Position numbers and translations under genes: made by a program. This document shows, in pieces, positions 30,312-37,797 of a stretch of DNA of 64,000 nt (positions within the stretch are counted from its first letter, which is position 1; each line of letters opens with the position of its first letter). Below the pieces are notes generated by a model. That model worked only from the letters and a program-made list of their open reading frames with translations, made no database searches and was not told the origin of the DNA. The stretch is from Candidatus Latescibacterota bacterium (GTDB taxonomy: Bacteria > Latescibacterota > UBA2968), in NCBI GenBank assembly GCA_965198115.1, contig OZ240241.1, forward strand, positions 2,528,001-2,592,000, given 5' to 3'.

Positions 30312-31928
30312 TCAGTCGAAGTCGATCGGTTTGAACTGACACCCGTCGACGAAGACATCGAAAAAATCCGGTGTCGTTTCCAACTCGACGTGCTCGATGT
30401 CACGAACGTCCTTCTCGAGCTTTCGCTGAGTTTTTTGCGAGAGCAACGTCTCTCGAGCCCCCTGGAGCGCTGCGTTCCCGATCTTCACGATTCGATCCGA
30501 CGGTACCGGCGCAAGGAACCCGATCTCGATGGCGTTGGCCGCATTCACGTAATTCGCGAACCCACCCGCCAGATACAGACAATCGATCTCCTCCGGCCGC
30601 ACGCCGAAGTGACGCATCGCGATGAACTGGCCGCACGTGTTGGCTGCCTTGGCCTGGGCGAGGATGCTCGCATCCTCCCGAGAGAACGTGATTCCTTCGT
30701 CCTCTTCGATCGTCAGCTCGTATTGCTTGTCCTCGAAGACGCCCTTTTCCGTCATTCGGCCGTGACGTCTCAGTTCAGCCAGCAGATCCACCATACCCGA
30801 TCCACAGATCCCTGTCGGGGTCTGACCGTCGATCGTGCTGCACGCATAGCGGTCGCCCTCGATTCGAACCGACTCGATCGCCCCGGGGTAGCCCGGCATT
30901 CCGTAGCGCACACCGCCACCTTCGAATGCGGGACCCGCCGGACAGGATGCTGCAATCATCCGATCGCCTGTACCCACGACCACCTCCGTGTTGGTACCGA
31001 CATCGACCAGCATAAACACCGAGGTCGATGTGAACGCATCGATCGCCACGAGCGCGGCCGCTGTGTCGGCCCCCACGTGACTCGACACCAACGGCAAACC
31101 ATACGCACGTGCCCTGGGATTCACGCGAATACCCATCCTCCTCGTGCTCATCGCGAGGGCAGTTGTATCGACCTCGCCATCGATCAGCGCGTGCTCCGTC
31201 GTCGACTTGTAGGGCCGCTGACCAATCGTCTGTACGTCCAGCCGAAAGATCAGATCCCGCATCGTAGAATTGCCCGCGATCGCGATCTCATAGATCTCCT
31301 GACGGGTGAACTGGAATCGATCGCACAATGCTTCGATTTCATCATTGATGGCGGCGGTGATGGCTTTCCATAGCTCCCCGTGATGAGGCCCACCGTCGTA
31401 GGAAATCCTGTTCATCACATCGCTGCCGCCGAAGCGTTGAGGATTTCCGAATGAACTGATCGCCACCACGTCGCCCGTTAGAAGGTCGACCAACTCCATC
31501 ACCACCGTCGTCGTACCCAAGTCGATCGCCAAACCATAAACGTGTCCGCGATACGTGTCGATCGCCTCCCCTTGCAGCAGAACGTCATCCCCATCCAGAA
31601 CGACAGCCTGATCCATCTGCACCGATCGACGATCCGTCTGCTCAAGAATCTTCGGCTCCCGACGCAGGGGGGTGATCACCAGATTCGCGTCATCCGCCTC
31701 GATCACGGCCTGGCAGGACAGCCGATATCCTTCACCGAGGAAGGACTCTAATGGGCCCTTCGGCGATAACGCCTCTCCCCCTTCGAGCACTTCCACGGCA
31801 CACTCGTGACAGGACGCGGTCCTTCCGCACGACGTGGCCAAACGGATTTCCATTACGTCGGCGTGATCGAACACCGTTCGGCCGATCAAGAGTTTCGAAG
31901 TCTTCGCTTCGCACTTCATCGAGCCCAT
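30312..31928 (-). CDS. ASKHA-domain reductive activator of corrinoid proteins (RACE/RACo/RamA-like) with an N-terminal 2Fe-2S domain
   Basis: CGRTASCHEC..RLSCQA, AIDLGTTT, NPQRFGGSDVMNRI, HVGADT, DVGTNTE, AGPAFEG, GICGSG and LAGGF. Confidence 0.93.
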   Translation of the reverse strand: MGSMKCEAKTSKLLIGRTVFDHADVMEIRLATSCGRTASCHECAVEVLEGGEALSPKGPLESFLGEGYRLSCQAVIEADDANLVITPLRREPKILEQTDRRSVQMDQAVVLDGDDVLLQGEAIDTYRGHVYGLAIDLGTTTVVMELVDLLTGDVVAISSFGNPQRFGGSDVMNRISYDGGPHHGELWKAITAAINDEIEALCDRFQFTRQEIYEIAIAGNSTMRDLIFRLDVQTIGQRPYKSTTEHALIDGEVDTTALAMSTRRMGIRVNPRARAYGLPLVSSHVGADTAAALVAIDAFTSTSVFMLVDVGTNTEVVVGTGDRMIAASCPAGPAFEGGGVRYGMPGYPGAIESVRIEGDRYACSTIDGQTPTGICGSGMVDLLAELRRHGRMTEKGVFEDKQYELTIEEDEGITFSREDASILAQAKAANTCGQFIAMRHFGVRPEEIDCLYLAGGFANYVNAANAIEIGFLAPVPSDRIVKIGNAALQGARETLLSQKTQRKLEKDVRDIEHVELETTPDFFDVFVDGCQFKPIDFD

Positions 31929-31953
31929 AACAAAACAGCCCCTTTCGGGGCTG
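31929..31953 (-). terminator. Intrinsic terminator-like hairpin inside the corrinoid cluster (cagcccc-gaaa-ggggctg-ttttgtt)
   Basis: 7-bp GC stem, GAAA tetraloop and U-rich tail, between the stop at 31956 and the RACE start at 31928. Confidence 0.6.
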
Positions 31954-31955
31954 CC

Positions 31956-32252
31956 TCACTCTTCATTCTTGCGACCGCGTTTCAGGCGATCACGCATCTT
32001 GTCGACCGCCCCCGGCGATGCCGTCTCCCACGCGCTGCGGTAATCGAGCGCGTCGTCGCTCGCACAGTGTGGCAACCCTTCGTCCGACGGGCGCTTGTAG
32101 CGACACCCGAACTGAGCCGTGCATCGATCGTTCCGATCCTTGTACGGACAACGTGTGAGCGACTGCTCGTCGGCGTGTTGGACCATCTCCCCGAAAATGG
32201 CAGACATCCGCTCGAGCCGTTCGCGATAATCTTCTGGATCGATCTTCTGCAA
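31956..32252 (-). CDS. Small hypothetical protein with four Cys (CPYK..C..GC..HC)
   Basis: 98-aa ORF co-oriented inside the cluster, with a GGGAG RBS upstream of the TTG start. Confidence 0.7.
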   Translation of the reverse strand: MQKIDPEDYRERLERMSAIFGEMVQHADEQSLTRCPYKDRNDRCTAQFGCRYKRPSDEGLPHCASDDALDYRSAWETASPGAVDKMRDRLKRGRKNEE

Positions 32253-32303
32253 AGCGTTCTCCCGCTATCTGCGCCGCGATGTCTGGATAAAATAGGTTCG
32301 ACA

Positions 32304-32415
32304 ACAGATCGTTCCCGGATGGTCCTACATCAATAGGCGCACACCATCAGCGCCGGGATGTTTGGATGCAACCGCATCACCACAGATCGTTCCCGACTCG
32401 GAGAGTCGGTCCTAC
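32304..32415. repeat. GTAG-type REP-like hairpin (minus strand GTAGGACCGACTCTCCGAGTCGG) with a degenerate upstream copy
   Basis: acagatcgttcccg...ggtcctac occurs at 32304-32328 and 32382-32415. The second copy has a 7-bp stem. Confidence 0.55.
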
Positions 32416-32508
32416 GAAATGGGCGCGGAATCGGTATTCGAAGGAGTCAATAGGCGAAATCAATTCCTCGCCCGCTCTCCCCCTCACCCGTTCTTCCCGT
32501 CGGTCTTC

Positions 32509-33285
32509 TCAAGCATTCTGCTCTTCCCTCATCTCCTGGAGCAGTTGCTTTGCCAGGTCGACACAGGCCAACGCATCCTTTCCGTAGCCGTCAGCCCCCA
32601 TATCGTCCGCGAACGTCTGTGTTACTGGAGCGCCGCCAACCATAATCTTGACGTCCTCCCGCAAATCCGCGTCGATGAACGCCTCGATCGTCTTGCCCAT
32701 ATTGGGCATCGTAGTCGTCAACAGGGCGGACATTCCGAGCAACGGGGCCCCGTGCTCTTCGACCGCGTCGATGAACTCATCTTCCGACGTATCTACCCCC
32801 AGATCGTGAACGACGAAACCCGCGCCACGCAGCATCATAATGCACAGATTCTTGCCGATGTCGTGGAGGTCCCCCTTGACGGTCCCCATAATCACGGTCC
32901 CGACCGGTTCGATGCCCGACGCTGACAGAATCGGTTCGATGTGCGCCATACCGGCTTTCATCGCCCGGGCACAAGCCAACACTTCCGGCACGAAAATGAT
33001 ATTCTCACGGAACTTGATCCCCACGATCCCCATTCCCGCAATCAGGCCATCGTCCATCACCTCGAGCGCCTCGATGCCCTCATCCAGCGACTCCCGCGTC
33101 AGGACGTCGACTGTATCGTTGTCCCCATCGATCAACGCCGCCGCGATATCCTGCATTTTCGGCCGCGTCCGTGAGAACAGCTCGACATTCCGCTCGATCT
33201 CTTCCGGCCGCTCGAGATACGCCTCGATCTCTTCCTTGATGAAGTCATTCTGAATGTCACTCAACTCAGCCACGATCGTCTCCAA
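32509..33285 (-). CDS. Stand-alone corrinoid (cobalamin-binding) protein of a methyltransferase system, with an N-terminal extension
   Basis: Cap domain (GLIAGM..F..FVPEVL), DLHDIGKN (DxHxxG), SALLTTTM and MVGGAP. Confidence 0.96.
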   Translation of the reverse strand: METIVAELSDIQNDFIKEEIEAYLERPEEIERNVELFSRTRPKMQDIAAALIDGDNDTVDVLTRESLDEGIEALEVMDDGLIAGMGIVGIKFRENIIFVPEVLACARAMKAGMAHIEPILSASGIEPVGTVIMGTVKGDLHDIGKNLCIMMLRGAGFVVHDLGVDTSEDEFIDAVEEHGAPLLGMSALLTTTMPNMGKTIEAFIDADLREDVKIMVGGAPVTQTFADDMGADGYGKDALACVDLAKQLLQEMREEQNA

Positions 33286-33300
33286 AACCTAAAACCCGGA

Positions 33301-33493
33301 ACCACGAACCACACGAAATACACGAACGAAACCCTCGTCGAAATTTTGGATGAAGCCGACGTGCCTTTGGGGCCCATCCAAACCCCGGGATAGTACTACC
33401 TACCGCTCCCACCCAGAATCTGTCACTGCCACCGCATTTTTCGTGTGTGTAGCCTGCCCCGGCAACGGTTCTGAGCCGGGGTGTATTTCGTGG
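33301..33493. repeat. Inverted arrays of cacgaa nonamer repeats with a nested GC hairpin insert
   Basis: cacgaaatacac (33312-33323) is the exact reverse complement of 33481-33492. An insert at about 33452-33480 is flanked by a gtgta direct repeat. Confidence 0.55.
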
Positions 33494-33499
33494 CAGTCT

Positions 33500-34510
33500 T
33501 TAGTTTTTCGACCAGGATTGTACGGTATCGGGAATCGCTCGCAGGTTTTCGACGGCCGTCTGTAGAGGCACGGCACATTCGGGACCGATCAGGCCCACAC
33601 CCGAGGCCAGGTTGTCGCTGACCTCTCCGGCCACCTCTTCGGGCCCCTTCGAAAACAGCGTCTCCGGATTGTTGACGTTGCCAACGAGCGCGATACGGTC
33701 CTGCACGATCTCCATCGATTCGCCCGGCTTGTTCTTCGAATCATAGTGGAACGCCGCCATCCCCGTCTGAGCGATGTAGTCCATCCGGTCGACGGTTCGT
33801 CCACAGATGTGCAGAATCAACGGAATGGGGATGCGTTCGACGAACTCGACGTGAAGGTCCTGCAGGTAGCGCGCATAGTATTCGCCACTGACCAGATCAC
33901 CCGTCGCGTGGTCGGGCAGCGTCAGTGCGTCGGCGCCGGCCTCGATCTGGGCGACTCCGAACTCGACTGTTGACTCCTTCAGCCTGTCCAGAATCCGCTT
34001 GGTCGCGTCGGGGTCATCCAGCGACAGCAGCAGGAACGGCTCGACGCCGAAGCAGTGGTATCCCAGCGACCACGGCCCCATCGTCTTTCCGATAATCGCG
34101 ACGTCGTCGCCGTACTCGCGCTTCAGAATCCGAATAGCCTCGAGCACACAGGAGGTATCCTGATGAGTCAGAAAATCATCAGGAATCTCGATATCGTCCG
34201 CCGTTTCCCAAATCGGCTCGGCCATCCGCACCGTCGGCCAGTTATCCTTCTGTTCCCACTGAATCTTGCATCCGAGCGCCGACGACTCCTGGATAATCGA
34301 GAACACCGGCATAATCGTGTCGAACCCGAGTTCCGTGTGACCTGTCGCCGCAAGTCGAGCCATCAGTTCCGGCTCCCGGTTGGCGTGCGGGAATGGCGCG
34401 TCGACCAGATCCATCAGCTCAACCGTCGCAACCGATGTCGGGTTGCAGGTCGGAGTGCGATCGACCGGTTGTCGATTCAGAGCGGCGAGAACACGTTCCC
34501 TGGAAGTCAT
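33500..34510 (-). CDS. MtaA/CmuA-family Zn-dependent methylcobamide methyltransferase (UroD fold)
   Basis: SRERVLAAL..VDR.P, E.SALGC, GPWSL, QIEAGAD, Zn motif LHICG, GNVNN and PECAVP. Confidence 0.9.
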   Translation of the reverse strand: MTSRERVLAALNRQPVDRTPTCNPTSVATVELMDLVDAPFPHANREPELMARLAATGHTELGFDTIMPVFSIIQESSALGCKIQWEQKDNWPTVRMAEPIWETADDIEIPDDFLTHQDTSCVLEAIRILKREYGDDVAIIGKTMGPWSLGYHCFGVEPFLLLSLDDPDATKRILDRLKESTVEFGVAQIEAGADALTLPDHATGDLVSGEYYARYLQDLHVEFVERIPIPLILHICGRTVDRMDYIAQTGMAAFHYDSKNKPGESMEIVQDRIALVGNVNNPETLFSKGPEEVAGEVSDNLASGVGLIGPECAVPLQTAVENLRAIPDTVQSWSKN

Positions 34511-34518
34511 CGATCTCT

Positions 34519-35151
34519 CTAATTCTGCTGTGACGGCGCGGCCAGCACGCCACGAGACGCCTGAGCCTCGATTTCCCGCAGAATGGCTCGTACGTTGGGC
34601 GCTCGAACGAGCAGCAACCCCACGAGTGCGTCGTGTCGAGCCTCGCAAGGAAACACCACCGACGTTTCGTTGCGGGTGTCCATTTCGCCCAGCTTTGCCA
34701 GCCCGCCGGCAACGACTAGCACACGACGATCCGCGTCTTTGCCCTCACCCGTCGCCGATACCGAGTAAACACCCGCATCATCCGGGCTGACCTGTATCGT
34801 CAACCCCGACTTCTTGTCGAGGATCTCTAATGGACGCGCGTTCAGTTCTGCGCCGGTTTCGAGCTTGCACGCCTCGAGAAACGCACGCTTGACCGCCGCT
34901 TCGTGACGATCCCCGCACGAAAATCGGAGACAGGCATCGTCGACCGCCTCCAAGTTGCCCAGCACCACCATTGCGTCTCGAATGAATGTGACCCGCTCGC
35001 CCGTACCCGGCTTCTGACTGAAGGAATGGACGCGATACGTCGGATGGTCTGCCTCGTCGGAATACAAGGCGACCGAAATATCCTCGAATTGCCCGTCCAT
35101 TGGGAGCAATTCGATTCGACGGCCGAGAGACTGGATCTGGGGCATAGGCAA
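34519..35151 (-). CDS. Hypothetical protein with two internal repeats each ending FxCxxRH; first gene of the corrinoid operon (ATG alternative at 35145)
   Basis: LRFSCGDRHEA and VVFPCEARHDA, each preceded by a similar RV...LG segment. Confidence 0.75.
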   Translation of the reverse strand: MPMPQIQSLGRRIELLPMDGQFEDISVALYSDEADHPTYRVHSFSQKPGTGERVTFIRDAMVVLGNLEAVDDACLRFSCGDRHEAAVKRAFLEACKLETGAELNARPLEILDKKSGLTIQVSPDDAGVYSVSATGEGKDADRRVLVVAGGLAKLGEMDTRNETSVVFPCEARHDALVGLLLVRAPNVRAILREIEAQASRGVLAAPSQQN

Positions 35152-35156
35152 AGGGC

Positions 35157-35239
35157 TTGACTTTTTCCGCCCGGGCGGATAAGGTTTGATTGGTCTAATG
35201 GTCGGACCAATAATCTACGCGATCGGACCCGGATCGCAA
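35157..35239. promoter_or_regulatory. Overlapping divergent promoters with a FadR-type operator TGGTCGGACCA (35199-35209)
   Basis: Plus strand TTGACT-N17-TAAGGT (35157-35185). Minus strand TTGCGA-N16-TAGATT (35239-35212). TGGT-N3-ACCA lies between them. Confidence 0.65.
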
Positions 35240-35274
35240 AGCCTTTTTCTACTAACCGACCGAAAAAAGCCCAA

Positions 35275-36012
35275 ATGCCCGAGATTCCGGCTCTTCAGCC
35301 CATCCGACGACGCGCTCTGAGCGATGATATCATCGACCAGCTGGTCGATCTGATCGCTAGCGACGAGCTCCCTCCCGGCCATCGCCTGCCATCGGAACGT
35401 GAGTTGAGCCGCCAGCTCGGGGTCGGCCGCGCATCGTTGAGGGAGGCCCTCCGATCGCTCGCCGTGATGGGCATCGTCGAAGGTCGAGTAGGCGAAGGGA
35501 CCTTTGTCACGAAGGACAGCGCCCGCTACCTCGAAAAATCACTCCGATGGGGAATGCTCCTGGACCCCAAGGAGATCTCCGACCTCATCGAAACCCGCAC
35601 GCTTCTGGAAACGCAGACTGCCGCATTCGCCGCCGAACGAGCGACGCCGGAAGAGCTCGAAAACATCGCGGTCACCCTCCCCGCCCTCGAAAACGCACTC
35701 GGCGATGACCAACGCTTCCTTCAAGAGGATCTGGCCTTTCACCTCGCCATCGCTTCCGCTTCCCAAAATCAGATGCTGCACCACCTTCTTCAGCTGACGC
35801 GTCAACACCTCCAAGCCTGGATCATTCGCAGCCTCGAGAACCCATCCACTTCCACGGACGAGAGGGCCCGGCTCTCACTCGAGCAACACCAGGAAATCTT
35901 CGCATCCATCGTCGCGACGGACCCAGAAACCGCCGCCTCCGCAATGCGCCGCCACCTGATCTCGTCCAGCCAGGGTTTTACCGAACTACCTCCGCCCTCA
36001 GATGGTTTGTGA
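35275..36012 (+). CDS. GntR/FadR family transcriptional regulator (FCD domain)
   Basis: LPSERELSRQLGVGRASLREAL, GEGTFV and FCD motifs DLAFH..IA and MRRHL. Confidence 0.95.
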   Translation: MPEIPALQPIRRRALSDDIIDQLVDLIASDELPPGHRLPSERELSRQLGVGRASLREALRSLAVMGIVEGRVGEGTFVTKDSARYLEKSLRWGMLLDPKEISDLIETRTLLETQTAAFAAERATPEELENIAVTLPALENALGDDQRFLQEDLAFHLAIASASQNQMLHHLLQLTRQHLQAWIIRSLENPSTSTDERARLSLEQHQEIFASIVATDPETAASAMRRHLISSSQGFTELPPPSDGL

Positions 36013-36822
36013 ACGAGGGTCCCGTGCCACAGCAGCCACCGACGTAGTCCACATCTCGCGTCATCAACCCCTTCAACATCTCGACGATCTCCGCGTCCGA
36101 GTCGGGATAGTTCAGGCCGTCATCACGCCGTTCCGGCGGGCCTGCGTTCGGTTTGAGCCAGAGCGGAATATCGGTCGGAAGCTGGTCGATGACCTGTTCG
36201 ATTTCACGCACCGAGACGCAGTTGACACCGAAGGCGAGCGCACCCGCATCTCGAACTCGCAGCGCAGACTCGACCAGCGGTTCACCAGCGAATGTCCAGC
36301 CTTCGCCCCCGGTGACACAAAACGTGAACGATACGATCGTTTCCAAGTCCGTCGCCCGGCAAGCCGCCAGTGCGACCAAAGCCTCCTCTGTCGACGTTGA
36401 AGTTTCGACAACGAACCTGTCGACCTGGGCGTCAACCAACGCTTCGGCCTGCTCTTCGAAGGCTCTCACGACTTCGGCGCGACTCGATTGCACGCGATCG
36501 GGGGAAAGCCCTGTCGGCCCGACCGAGCCATAGACGGCGTCCCGACTCCCAGCATCCGCCTCCCCCGATCGCGCGAGCGTCACCGCGGCACGATTGAGCT
36601 CGCCAACCTCTCGCCCAAGCCCGGTCAACGAGAGTCTCAAGCGATTCGCGCCAAACGTATTCGACAGCACGAAGTCCGCACCCGCATCGCGGTAGGCCTT
36701 CGCGACAGCCGCAACAACCACCGGGTGACTGAAGTTCCAGTCTCCGGTGGCTCTCCGATCGCCAGACCCTTTGCCTGGAGCGCGGTTGCGGTTCCTCCGT
36801 CCCCGATCAGCACGGCAGCCAC
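35978..36822 (-). CDS. Second stand-alone homocysteine S-methyltransferase; frameshift near 36740
   Basis: IGDGGTATAL, AYRDAGAD..SNTFGAN, YGSVGPTG, GVNC, KPNAG and GGCCGT. Confidence 0.85.
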
Positions 36823-36824
36823 AC

Positions 36825-37691
36825 CTACTCCGAAATGGCCTCGGACACCGCCTGAGCGAAGCCCTCGTCATCGAAGCTCGGCCCCAGCACGACGTCCTCA
36901 GAAGCCGCGGCTTCCTGCGTTGTCGCATCGGCGTTCCCCAGCAGAACGCCGTGTCCCGCCGAAACCAGCATCGACAGATCGTTGCTCCCGTCGCCGATCG
37001 CCATCGTCTCCGATACATCCACATCACAAGCACCTGCGATGGCCGCAAGGGCTCTCGCCTTGTCCACCTCCGGGTGCATCGTTTCGATCCTGTCCGTGTC
37101 CGTACGCTCCATATAAAGCCCATCCCCGAAACGTGTTTTTAGATCCGCCAGTACCGCCTCCCGTCGCTCCGGTCCGGGGAGAATCAACAGCTTCGGGGGA
37201 GCGGGGTATTCGCCCGCCCGGAGACGGCTCGGTAAGTTCGGTTCGATGACGAATTCCGTACCGGTCTGGATCGTCATATTCTCGACGGTCGCATCACGTT
37301 CGATCGTCACGTAGTCCTCGATGTGGAGCCCTTCATCGTCCACGTCCAGATGACAGTAAATAAAATTCATCTTCCACTCGGCCAGGACGTCTACGATTTC
37401 CCGATACATTTCCTCCGGCATTCGCTGCTGATGCAGGACACGGCGTTTCCCGTCTACCTCCCTATCCAACGCCACCGCCCCATTGTATCCACCCACCAGC
37501 ATCGTCGATGCGAAGGAGGTGTGCGTCTCGAATGGCTGCTGACTCTTGGAAATGCTGCGCCCGCTGATGGATGCAACGTGAATACCCCGGTCGATCAACG
37601 ATTGGATCGTCTCGAGCGCAGTCTTCGAGGGTTTGTTTTCGTGGTTCAGAACCGTGCCATCCAGGTCGAACGCAACCAGCTTGATGCTCAC
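36825..37691 (-). CDS. Cof-type HAD-IIB hydrolase
   Basis: FDLDGT, SGR, YNGA, DKARAL and AIGDGSNDLSM. Confidence 0.93.
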   Translation of the reverse strand: MSIKLVAFDLDGTVLNHENKPSKTALETIQSLIDRGIHVASISGRSISKSQQPFETHTSFASTMLVGGYNGAVALDREVDGKRRVLHQQRMPEEMYREIVDVLAEWKMNFIYCHLDVDDEGLHIEDYVTIERDATVENMTIQTGTEFVIEPNLPSRLRAGEYPAPPKLLILPGPERREAVLADLKTRFGDGLYMERTDTDRIETMHPEVDKARALAAIAGACDVDVSETMAIGDGSNDLSMLVSAGHGVLLGNADATTQEAAASEDVVLGPSFDDEGFAQAVSEAISE

Positions 37692-37797
37692 CGTCTTTAT
37701 CCTCCCCCAAACAAAAAAAATAGAAGTGACAGGCGTCCCACGCGCCGTCCCGCAGACCGGCGAAGTAGCGCAGGTTCTGGCGTATCGTCACACCGAT

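Noticed and set aside
33286-33499. Possible cobalamin or SAM riboswitch in the long spacers of the corrinoid cluster
   Set aside because: No GGGAA/GCCACTG/B12-box or SAM-I core motifs were found by eye, and the spacer is explained by repeats. An Rfam scan would be decisive.
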